From Phoronis australis (lineage: Eukaryota > Animalia > Phoronida): a stretch of DNA of 64,000 nt. The notes under the pieces were generated by a model. It was given only the letters and a program-made list of their open reading frames with translations. It did no database searches and was not told the origin of the DNA. The stretch spans positions 108,063 to 172,062 of the forward strand of contig NMRA01000348.1 in the NCBI GenBank assembly GCA_002633005.1, read 5' to 3'. Below are positions 50,201 to 61,900 of the stretch, piece after piece. Numbering within the stretch: position 1 is the stretch's first letter; each line of letters opens with the position of its first letter. A program made the position numbers and the translations under genes.

Positions 50201-53200
50201 CAAATCGGCAGATTACCAAGCGGCAACGCGAGCGTGCACTTTTAACAATATTACTTGGTTGGACAAAGATGTTCATTCTAGTGCTGTGTCCAAAAACGAC
50301 AGCTTCACACACTTGGAATTTCAGTGCATCGTAGGTAAGTGTGCCCACCAACAGGCCTCATTTTTTCTGCGCTTTTTGCAATGAACAGGTAGGATCCAAT
50401 TTTTTGTGTAGGACAATCAGAGTTGTTTGCCTATGTGTCAAATGTTCCTTTGAGTATAACTTTATCACCCACATAGGGACTTTTAACATATTTGATGTGA
50501 CCATTTAATCAACAAACGTTTTGAGGGATTTTACGGAGCGAAGACTGTTTGGCCCCTAATCAGGTGTCATTTGCGTGCAAATCGGAAAGATTAGTCTCCT
50601 TTTTGAACAACTCCGAACATGTGCAGTTACATTTGTGGAATCTATCGTGTTGTTTAGACATGTGACTGCTGAAATTGATACTTCGCTTACTAGGCGATGG
50701 CTGTCCACCGGGATGGGTGTTCGCTAACGCGGGTTGCTACGCAGTTACGTCAAAATACGATAGACATGAAGAGGCCAAAGAGTTTTGTGACATGCGCAAC
50801 AGCCACCTTGCGTTCATCAATGACGACACTGAACAACAGAATATTCAGGAGTTGATTAACCGGTAGGTGGAAGCGTTTACCTTATATGTTCGGTTATGTC
50901 GTTCCCACTGTCTGAAAGGACGGGTTTATACCCAGATATACGCATCGATTAAACCTGGAGTGCAAACACGGAACGTCATAAACCTATAGCTTAATTGTTG
51001 ATGAAAGGTGGGTGGTTTCTTTATTCTGCCAGGTATTCTTAAAATTGTATATGAATTAAATAGAACAATTTCGAAGAAAAGTAAACAATAAGAACGTACT
51101 TATACAGTGTATGTGACGCACATATACCTTTGAGTAAAAGCTTCTGATCCTCAAGGATGGTTGATCACCCATTATTCAGAGTGCCCAATTTATGTCAGGT
51201 TTGCGTGGCAGTTTTTGTTCACCAGTACTTGCCTACGCATAACTGTGCATATTGTATATCCCGGGCCTGCTTGGATAAAAGTTATACGCTGGATAGCAAC
51301 AACGAGATCGCATTGTCGGTGTCGCCTTGCCAATGATGAACAATGCACTTGACGTCTTTTAACAACTACGCGTATCCAGCGGATGAGTTTTAAGCAGCCT
51401 TGGTGCATTTTGATTTGTGCTACATATGTATAAATTGACAACCTGTGCTCAGAACTGCCATAGCTAAGAGTGAAGAGATAAAACCGTACTGGCTGAGCTT
51501 TCCACATTCCGGGGACGCCTATGATTGGATGAACGTCTCTGGCGACGTCTATCAACATGTCAACGCAGACCACTGCGCCACCTTTGGCTGCACGAACACG
51601 ACAAACAACACGTGCAGCGTAGGATCTGATTTCTGCAATGTGACGAGACTGATTCTTTGTGAAAAAGAGCCAATTTGTAAGTACTCACCGTGACGGTGGC
51701 AACGGAATGGTAGGCCTAAGGCCTCCGATTCTTGAGTAGATCGCACCTGGATTTTCAATCTGCATCAAATACCACTGAAAATTCTCTTTCCGACTACAGC
51801 AATTTACACCTGTATAAACTTTTCCCTTCGAAAGAACATACGTGAGAGCCGGAGTATGCCTTTCTCAAGGGAAGTTGGGAGCATGAGTGTGGGGACTTCT
51901 TACATCTTAAATCCTGGCGCATATTTGCAGACTACAATGATCTTTGCACACGTCCCGGCAACTCTGGCTATTACAGACATCCATTATGGTCAACTATTTG
52001 GCTTCTTGTACTGTACCTTACACAAAGTTGGCCAGCACCCATTGAAACGGTTTGGGGTGATGTGTGGGCGCATATCAACGCTTTGCTATGCTCTCGTTTG
52101 AAAACTTTGTCACGCCGAAGCACTCTATACTTATTCAACCAGCGAAATCCTTATTTTTATTTGAGACGCGCAAGCTGAACAAGAATTTAGCACAAAACTT
52201 CTTTTGGTGTCTTTTGCCTAAGTCGTCAACTTTGTAACCTAACCTACATCACATGTATTTATCTTTAATCACGCCACGTCGTATAACTGATTCTTCATTC
52301 TAATGATCTTTCCTACAGACGATGGGGCCCTGAGCGTGAACGACTTGCCAGACGGTGCATTTTCAAGATCATCTGAGCATGCTGATTGTCCCGTGACAAA
52401 ACTACGTATGGACAGTGACCGGTCATGGTGTGCAGCGACCAACGCAGTCCCGAGCGATTACGTCCAAATTCACCTGAGTGTGGATTTAGTAGTAACTCTG
52501 ATTGCTACAAAGGTATGTTGAATAAAGATATTTCCAGAAGCTGTGGTTACGATGGACAAAACCTTTCACCGGGGTTGACAAGTTTTACATAGCACATCGT
52601 GAGTTTAACTTGATATTATACTAACTGATAACTTGATATTAGACTAACAGATATTTGCAGATATCGTCGGCAAGTTTATCCAGTTACGCGTTATTCACTA
52701 CACTTCGTGTGCTATTGACTAAGAACTCTGATAATGGACGCAAGTTGTTGCAGCCGGATTTGCCCCCTTGCGCTTCTAGCACATTTGAAATGCTTTATAC
52801 TCCTGGTGTTAAACAAGCTGATTTACTAACTACACTGTACCTACGCAGTGTAAATATGATCTAGAACAACTAACGTTTTCACAGGAGCAAACACCGATTC
52901 CTTCGATTTGATTGTCATGCAAACGGGGTATTGGCAATAAACGTTATTGATCTTTGATGGTAACATATTTGTTTTCATTTTCCCCAGGGTCGCAAGGATC
53001 TGGCCCAGTTTGTGACGTCGCTAGAGATCTATACGTCCTTGGATGGTTCGACTTTTTCTTGCATCACGAAAGTCGAGGATGTTTCAACGTGCGAAGTGGT
53101 AAATATGAGTAGCGATGTCATTCGTTTTTAAATATCAGTGAAGACGCTTCTTAAAAACAATAAGTGGCTTGAAAAACTTCGTCAGCAGCACGAATATCCG

Positions 53201-56200
53201 ATATATACCATATCATATACTATTTGCTTTCTGCAACTGAACCAAGGTTTCTCGCAGCAATAACGTCTCAATAACGTAACCCCGGTCTCAAATCTGTATC
53301 CGACGTCTGAATAGCTTAAAGCAAGACTTCGCGAGATTACGTGAGAAATTGCCGTGTATTTTAAATGAGAACACCTGACTTTGACTAGGTTTTAGCTAGG
53401 TCAGTGGCGGATCTACGTTTTCAGCAAGGGGGAGTTTAGGATTCCCGCCAAGGTCGAATCCTAGGCGCGTAGCGCCGAGCGGGGGGGAGGTCGGGAGGGG
53501 GTTTCCCCTCCCGTGTAAGATATTTTTTTGTTTTTGTAGCCAAATAGTGAAATTTCCATGCATCCTGGTAAGTTTCTGTCACTTAACATGTCTCTGGAGT
53601 TTTTCTTAAGATAATTAAAAACCGTTCTCGATTTCGTCACACGAACTTGGCACATAAGTTTCGTGAAACCATATTGTGCACATCTGGGTATGAGTCACGC
53701 CACCAGCAAAAATTTTTGTTGGAACATCTGCTTACACACACCTTTTTTAGCATACGAAAAGTCGTATACGAAAAAGTGTGGTGTGTATACAGGGGTTTAG
53801 ACAATTTCCAAATATTCAAGAGCATAATTAAGGAGCACCGACGGGGCGTAAAAACTTGAATATCAGATGATCGCGTAACAGCAGCCTCAAGTTGTTTAAG
53901 AACGAAGACCTGTACTGTTAGTCCGGAAATAAACATGTGTTCTGTCTCGTTGCGAGAAAAACTGGCGAACGATGGTGCNNNNNNNNNNNNNNNNNNNNNN
54001 NNNNNNNNNNNNNNNNNNNNNNNNNNNNNNNNNNNNNNNNNNNNNNNNNNNNNNNNNNNNNNNNNNNNNNNNNNNNNNNNNNNNNNNNNNNNNNNNNNNN
54101 NNNNNNNNNNNNNNNNNNNNNNNNNNNNNNNNNNNNNNNNNNNNNNNNNNNNNNNNNNNNNNNNNNNNNNNNNNNNNNNNNNNNNNNNNNNNNNNNNNNN
54201 NNNNNNNNNNNNNNNNNNNNNNNNNNNNNNNNNNNNNNNNNNNNNNNNNNNNNNNNNNNNNNNNNNNNNNNNNNNNNNNNNNNNNNNNNNNNNNNNNNNN
54301 NNNNNNNNNNNNNNNNNNNNNNNNNNNNNNNNNNNNNNNNNNNNNNNNNNNNNNNNNNNNNNNNNNNNNNNNNNNNNNNNNNNNNNNNNNNNNNNNNNNN
54401 NNNNNNNNNNNNNNNNNNNNNNNCCCCTTGGTCATTCCTTGTATAGACATAACTTCTTATAGAGTGTGTCTTCAAACGGACTCGCGACCAGACCACGGCG
54501 CCCGCCACAATAGCAATTCTTCGGAAAAATATTTTTTTTTCAAAAATATTACATGTACATGTACACTGTATGATATTGCGCAAGACAACTTTACTATACA
54601 CCAGTTACAAACGTGATGAGTGTAATAGAATGACACGGCATGACGGATGAGGTAAAAACGTTGCACGTCAATTCGCCTGAATATCAAGGTTGCGGCACCG
54701 CAGTATTTCCCCTAATCAAATCAAAATATATCTTAGAGTAAAGAAGCTAGTTACCTAAAGAAATCAGCTATAGAACTGCTCTTTCAGCGGTGAATCCATC
54801 TAAAATGCTTGACTACTTCCAGAAGTGTCGACGGAAGCTCGCACACAATAAATCCCCGCGCGTTTTGCCGATGAGCCACAAAGACTCAGCAATTCACAAT
54901 GCAAAAAGCTATATTTTCAGAGTGAACCCCCCTCAATTTTTTCCAAATTGGTTTACTTGGGGTTTACACACGCTGGCGGTGCCGTTTTTGTTTTGCTGGA
55001 GACGCTTTTGTTTTTTTTTGTTTTTTTTTAATTTTTGGGTCCTGGCCCGAGGGGGGGTTTAAACCCCCTGAACCCCCCGTAGATCCGCCACTGTAGGTCC
55101 TAGGGTACATGTACGTCCTAGCGTCTACTGAACGCACGCCCGGTCTCGAATCTGTTTCCGACGTCTGAGTAGCTTAACACATGCGCAGTGGTTAAACGCG
55201 TAATATTACTTCCTGAACACGTGATCTTATGTGATGTTTGTTCGACCACTTCATGTTTCCTGGTTTACACGTACATATTGTCTTTCAGTTCGAGGCTAAC
55301 ACAGATGCAAACAGTATACGTTTCATAGAATTACCCAAACCTCTGCTAGCACGCTATGTAAGAATCAAGCCAAATACTTACTCTGGGTACAAGTCCATGC
55401 GTCTAGAAGTGTACGGATATCGTTATGGTAAGCAAACACTACAAAACATTAACACGGCGGCTCACGCTTTCGGTTGAAAACAGCAGTACCTTTTTAGCCC
55501 AATTGAGCATTGGTGTGGCTTTCTTCACGGTGTGCACATGCCCACGTGAACAGGAAAATATCCAACCAAAGACATCTTTGAGAGATCCCACCATGCACTT
55601 CCTTAGTTTTTGAGGTTTTAATTAGCTACTGAGAAATGAATACCATAAAATCTAACTAAAGCAGCACCTTTTATGCCAAATAGTAACATTTTTTAATTTT
55701 GAAAAAATTCGTTATTTCCAAGTTTCCCGCCAACTGATGTAATGTGTGGAAGACGTTTGGTCACTTGACAATCAGTTGCAACGACAAGAACTGGACAATT
55801 GTTACAGCTCTCTTTTAAAATTCGTGAGGCTCTACAGCGTACTCATCAGTTGGTGCAAGCACAGTCTCAATAGGCAACTGGCATACCACAGGTCGGGTTG
55901 TCATTGTTAGTCTAATTTATTGTTTCTCCCTGGAAGTGACTGCGTCTGTGTTTCATTACTTGTTGTTGGGCTTAGCAAGGTGGCCACTGTGCTTTTTTCT
56001 TCCGATGATGGGGTTTCAAAAAACGATGAAACATGTCAAGCCGGTTTTAATCTGTTGTTATTTTTATAGACAAATATCCATACGAGTGGTCTGAATAATT
56101 TTGTAGACCTTCCGGGTGTGAGCACAAAGAAGATAGAAATTTACGGTGAGTGGTCAAATTGGGGATCGTGGGACAAATGTCGGTTATCTGGCGAACGCAA

Positions 56201-58435
56201 AAGGTGGCGCAACTGTACTGGACGCGATCCACTTCAAGGAAGACATTGCCTGGGAATGCCTTGGGAAAGTGTAAACTGTCCTGGTGAGTGAGAAGGTTTA
56301 TTATCACCGTGTCTACATGTATGCTATTAATATTACTCATCTTACTATAGAAATGTCGTTGAATACACACTATGACTGTATTGTTAAATTTTAAGGCCAG
56401 TCCTTCGAGTTTTAGTCTGAGAAACGGTTTGGGCGCACTTCTTTGCCAAGAACTAATTCCGCAACCTCATCGTGGCCAGTGTTCCTAGATTACAGATTAA
56501 GATCTAGCCAGACCCACGCATCCCTAGTGAGACTACGCTGTAATCGTAACCTACTGTACATAATGTTGCATTCTGATATTCTGTAAACTCTTGTTCAAGT
56601 CTGCTGTCATAGGGATATTCCGACACACTCGACGACATTCATTTTTTTATGGTCGCATGACTTGCTCTTAGTTGCTGTTGAGTTTTCACACTGAACCTGT
56701 GTCGTTTTCGATAAAACCGTTTCTTTTTCTAATATCACCATCAGACAATCGGTATGCCATTGCAATTTAGGACACAAGTGTCGGTGGCAATAGAGCGCCG
56801 GAGGCTGAGTATACGTAAACTGCGTTTCGCTTCCACCGTATCTCTGGACTGTGTTCTGTAGATCCAAGTCTGGCGTGAAAAGCAATGTGATCACTTGCTT
56901 CGCTTGTATGACCTAGCGATATTTCGCGAAGACTTGCATACGTGATCTTGAGTTTTTGCGAGATTCTTGCTTTTACGGAACGCAGCCCTGTGTGCATCCT
57001 ACCTTGTTACATACTATGTGCAACCACGTCAACGCGATCAACGCTGTTTTTCTTTTCCAGCACTTCCTGGGTGTTTTATCGATTCCGATCCTATAGATCT
57101 GCCGCATCGCAGTTTACAGAATACAGCTGTTTCAAGGAATAAATGTCAGTCTAAATGCAAGTCACAAAACTATGATCTGGCTGCCGTTCAAAATGGCATC
57201 GACTGTTACTGTGGTAATACTTACGCATCTCATGGAACACGGCCGCTTGCTGATTGCAACATGACTTGTTCAGCTACCTGGTCCAAGGAAACCTGTGGCG
57301 GACAAAAGTCCAACTGGATCATGAAAGCTAAACACAGTAAGACAAGACGACAGTAAAATAGAATGAGTCTATATAGTTACATATCAGGTGTAAAAACACG
57401 TTCCAAAATCCAACGGGATGTAATTCCAACAATTTTACGTTGATGGTCACAAGCATTTCTACAATCAACGTTTTTCGTTCATGTAGTGAATAGTGCACTG
57501 ATACGCCGTAAAATGTAACAATTTCTTAAAATTTAGCATCTTGTTACATTTTAGGAGAGGCCTAGCAACGTAAAATGTAGCAATGGCATTTAATGTAAAT
57601 TTTTACAATTTACATCGAATGCACATCCGAGAAGTGTACCATTGTTACATCGCATGGCACTTGTCACGCGAATGAAGACGGCTCACACACTTAAAGTCAC
57701 TATTTCCTTTACTTTCGCCTGCTTAGATCACAAATTGAGCTTTGCCAATCGACAGATATCACTAAAATTAACTCTTTTCGTAAATTACAGCCATGTACAT
57801 ACTCTCGTTATTTTACTATTAATTTTTTTAAATTTATAAAAAGTGGGCGGACTTTCAGCCAAACCTCATTATTTATGCGGGGTTGCCAGTGGAGAGATTA
57901 CCCATAATGCACACGAATCAGCTGACGGAAGAGAAACATATCAATTGCAAGCGGTCGAGGTGAGTTAGGTGTTTTGGGACTTCTTGCCAGCTAAACAAGA
58001 AATCAGAATGTACAAACATTTGGAAATCACAGCTTGATTCTTACTCGTAAACAGCAAGATTAATTTGTTCTGAACCTCGGTTCTCTCAACTATTTCTGTC
58101 GCTATCCCGAGTCATTCGAAGTCGACGTATCCGTGTACTTGTCTATATTACATAATATACAGGCTACAGCGAGTTGTGTTCAATTTTAACCTGCAATCGA
58201 GTCTTAATTAGTGATACATGACTTCGTCGAGCTTGGTTGTTAACGTTTCCTCTTCTGGGAGATTATGTACAACTCGGAGGTGCACGATATCAGTTGCTTA
58301 CGAAAAAAAAAGTTTCCTGCGTGACACTGTGATGACGATGTTCAATTTCCAGGCCCTGGGACTTCATGGGTTTGCAATTATAGAGCTCTGGACCTAGTGC
58401 ATGGGGTAGAAACGATTCCATGGCTGCATCTCTAA
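35230..58435 (+). CDS. Secreted mosaic multi-lectin protein (SP-SUEL/RBL-CCP-CCP-CCP-PAN-PAN-CTL-TSP1-PAN-CTL-FA58C-TSP1-WSC), 19 exons, ~1263 aa
   Basis: Exons: 35230-35287 (signal peptide MDVKNVAAFILVFTAAGLV), 39582-39929 (SUEL: FYGR..DPCPGITKYL), 40289-40474, 41429-41611, 45249-45470 (CCP), 46151-46396, 46959-47228 (PAN), 47789-47969+48484-48725 (CTL, EPN/WDD), 49549-49755 (TSP1), 50059-50334 (PAN), 50694-50862+51453-51676 (CTL), 52319-52512+52988-53098+55289-55427 (FA58C: SWCA..YVQI..ARYVRIKP..SMRLEVYG), 56107-56283 (TSP1: WSNWGSWDKC), 57061-57336 (WSC: GCFID..QNGIDCYCG..CGG), 58353-58435 (tentative last exon). One open frame of 3792 nt; inter-domain introns are phase 1. The first and last exons are the least certain. 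Confidence 0.85.
37870..37940 (-). mobile_element. Possible tRNA-derived SINE head relic
   Basis: Minus strand TAGCTCGCCATCAGAGCAGTAGACT...GATTCGATTCC resembles degenerate A/B boxes; not a foldable tRNA. Confidence 0.3.
40931..41220. mobile_element. Older MITE enclosing the 41014-41177 element
   Basis: Imperfect 28-bp inverted ends TTGTCCTCACCGGTTCACTCGAGTCAAC / GTTAACTGGGCGGAACCGGTGAAGTCAA. Confidence 0.5.
41014..41177. mobile_element. Short dispersed MITE-like repeat; other copies at ~33810-33950 (diverged) and 53320-55140 (inverted, interrupted)
   Basis: Its reverse complement closely matches 53320-53401 plus 55099-55140; imperfect terminal inverted repeats CGCTAGGACCT / AGGTTCTAGCG. Confidence 0.75.
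49037..49325. repeat. Degenerate (CAT/CGT)n trinucleotide microsatellite, intronic
   Basis: Direct reading; accounts for the poly-D/M/I/V ORFs on both strands. Confidence 0.9.
53402..55093. mobile_element. TIR DNA element with 5-bp TSD (spans the assembly gap)
   Basis: Perfect 16-bp TIR CAGTGGCGGATCTACG / CGTAGATCCGCCACTG; TAGGT duplicated on both sides (53397-53401, 55094-55098). The related element at 41014-41177 shows the empty site. No transposase in the visible part. Confidence 0.88.
53979..54423. other. Assembly gap (N run)
   Basis: 445 N. Confidence 1.
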
Positions 58436-58439
58436 ATTA

Positions 58440-58785
58440 CATTGGCGGATCGAGGATACCATAAGGGGGACAGGCAACGTTTTGTCTTGGGCAAGTGTGG
58501 TTTACGATTGAATGCGAGAACCCAGCCCGAAAAATTGGGTTGCTCGAATTACTGGTCCTTGTACTACAAAGCTAACAGTGGACTAAAAAAAAACAAAAAA
58601 ATGAGAAGGCGTTTACGCAGGTCCCTTGATACGATCGGGTCCGAGCCCCCCCCCCACAGCCACATGTTAAGTACCGAGATTAATTAGTGGACTCAATATT
58701 TCCTCGCGCTCTTGCCGTTTTGCTTCTTTTGCGGCTGTCAGGTGGGGGGGAAGGCCCCCTATCCTCCCTCCTAAATCCGCCTATG
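58440..58785. mobile_element. MITE with CA(T/G)NGGCGGAT-type TIR and 5-bp TSD
   Basis: Left CATTGGCGGATCGAGG, right CCTAAATCCGCCTATG; AATTA on both sides (58435-58439, 58786-58790). Confidence 0.8.
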
Positions 58786-58959
58786 AATTAATCCAAAACC
58801 CAATCCTAAACCAGTAGATGATTTCCAATCTGAGTCATGCAGTGATTGTCTTTGTACTTGTTGGCAAATAAATCCTACAACAATACAAACAAAAGTTATA
58901 AAAAATGTTCTCATTACTGTGTAAGTTGTCACTGAAATACTCTCACTTTAGGGTCAAAT

Positions 58960-61900
58960 CAGTCGCATGAATAAAAGAAGGAATTGAGAGACCTAATGTT
59001 GGATGTCGCCAAGCAAGACTCCCGCGTCTACCAGAGGTCACTTCACTGGATCATTACCCAGCACCATCAGAAGATCCATCATGGTGCCCGTGTCACAGGT
59101 GTCAAGAAATGCCAACCAGAAATAAAAGTGTGCTGTGGGAAGCAGTCTGCTAACTGCATTTCATTATTACCTGTAAGTATTCACTAAACCGTTGTCTAAA
59201 AATTTAATCACTACAAAGTTTTTAGTATTGACTACAGACTACATATATCAGTGGGAAACATTTTACAAAATTGTTTAGTACTTTTTTGGTCTGCTCTTTT
59301 TCATTTTTAAGGTGATTCATATTAATGTCAACAGGACCTCAAAGACTCCTATATCTACTTTAGTTTTGAGTCTTCAATTGGTTTAAACAGATATACAGCC
59401 ACACAATTCAAATCACTTTTTGAAGAAAAACAAATCTTTGGCCAAGAACTCAAATCAAATCTCAGTAGCAAATCCCATCCAAAACCAACCAAATGTCAAT
59501 TTACAAAAGTATTGGTGAGTTCAATATGCAATAATGAAAATAATTCTATGCGTTTTGATTGTCCAATATAGGATGTCAACCCCAATCAACCAGTTGTTGT
59601 ATATAATTCATTTACAAGAGACAAATGTTCCTTATCAAATCTACAGTAATGCGAAACCGCAGGATAATATATTTTACCAATGCTTTCAGGATTTCCAAGC
59701 GTTTTGCCTGGAGAAGGTGTACTTGCCTCTGCAACGAAATGTGATGACACTGAAGCCAGAGACTGATCAGAATGCGTCTAACTGACATCAGGCATACAGA
59801 AACTTTATCTTGGGGCAACATGGACATCTTGGGAGACATGTGGACAGAGTTGCACAGTTGTGTTTGGACAAAAATATTCACAGACTTTATTGGGACATAC
59901 AGGCTACACAACAATTGTAGCTGAGCACTGAAACCTGCTTGTGCACAATTGTTACTTTGTGAGATGAAAGCACAACTGTCAGAGTGAACTTTTTATTTCT
60001 TAGTCTAGTATAAAAAGTCCATTTGGATTTTGACTTGCAACAAGAACCTAGAGCATTCTTAAATTAGTTACCGTCATGTAGGGCAACGGCCCCAATTTCG
60101 AAAAACCAGTAATGGATTAACTTTTCAAAATAATGTAAAATACTAAAATTGACTTCCCACCTAGTTCTCTGCAACAAATTAATGCTCTGTAACCATCGAA
60201 AACCCTCAAAACTTGGAGGAAATTTTCAAAAAAAATTTCAACGTCTGCTAAACAGTAAAAGCATGACGTACGCTTTTAGCAAATTGCATGCAACTGTGGG
60301 AAAGGCCACCGACCAAGGAACATAATGTCTAATTTGTGAGATAGGGGTATGAGTTTTTAGTTGATTCCTGCTTTTGTCTTTCCTGATTAACGCCAATGAT
60401 GCATTAGCAGGTGACAGAAAGATGATTGGACAAAATTAACAAAACAAGATGTCCTTTCAATAGACATAGTCTCCTGGTTGTTTGGCCATGGCCCATAATC
60501 AGAAGTTGCAACATTTTCTGATTAAAAGTTCTATAGCTTTTGCAATGACCAATCGCGAGTAATCTGCTACTCATGTAACACACCTTACTTACAAGCACAA
60601 CCTCTAACCCAACAGCATAGCCATTCAAAATATATATTGTAATGTTCAACACCATCACTCTCAAATTCAAGATTTCTAAATGCAGGTTTTAATATGAATG
60701 TGAATTGCCTAAGCAGTAAAACATCACTAAAAACATAATTTTACGTAACACAGAAGCTTTATGGTGACCCTTGTATACAAATATCCGCCTCTCTATGACC
60801 CACCTGAAGACAAACCACTGACTACACATTTGGCTGAGAAAATAGTTAAGAATCAAGAAAACTATCCAATGGTAATACAAGTTAAACTGGTATTACCAGT
60901 TGTATCTTACTCACCATGTAGAAAGTGTTTCTGTAAACCAAACGCTCCATAAAGAAATTGTTTGCACAAAGTTAAGGTTCAGGGCTTGGACTGATCAATG
61001 ACAGGTGATGTATCATTCCACAAATTAATACTAGGGTCTTTGATAGAGATTTTTGGTATAGAAGTCAAAATAATGATCAAAAAAAGAGACATAAAGAGGA
61101 AATTGGAAATATAATAAGAGGAAATCGAAACCAAAAGAGAGTAAATCCTCTTAAAAGAGGAAAATTACAAGCCTTGACAGTTTCCAAATTGACACTACAC
61201 AAACTGCCCATGGCAGAGTTTGAAGGTCGATGGCCTGACTGAACATGTTAACTTCTGCATAACTGGATGTATCATGACTATAAACCAAACTGTAGTACCA
61301 GATGATCCTCTGCAACAAACTAACTGAATAACACCCAGTTGCCATATCATCTTAAATAACCTCTGTCAGGCAGCTTCTCTGACGCATTGACTTCTACTGA
61401 TGGCAATCATTCGAAGACGGCAATGTTGTCAGACAACAAGCGGGAGTCATTTTGCTTTTATGTTCATGGAAGCAGTGCATGTCAGACATGTCTTTTAACC
61501 GGGTTTTCACAATCATCAGCTCGTCATAGCTCTTAGAAGCCTTCACCAGAATGGACAACCATCTCCTGCTCTTCTTGTTGAAGATAAGTTGCTCCCCTAG
61601 AAATAATAACAATTGTTTCAATGTCAGTGCCAGACACGAAAATGAATGCAGCAGCATTGATTTACCCTGAAACATGAAGAGTGTGAAACATATGAAACTC
61701 TTCAAACAATTAGTACATTATGCACCTCTTTCAGTGTTATAGAAACTTTTTCGAAGTTGTTTCAAACACTGGATAACATGTTTTCGTTATTCAAAATATA
61801 AAAATATACTACATATAGTTAATTAAGTGATTAGAGTTTCACACCTTTCAAGAAGAAAAAACAATACAAATAACAGCATTTGTCACAGGGTGGCTGAATT

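Noticed and set aside
53896-54616. Long ORFs of 169-227 aa on both strands
   Set aside because: Artefacts of translating through the N gap.
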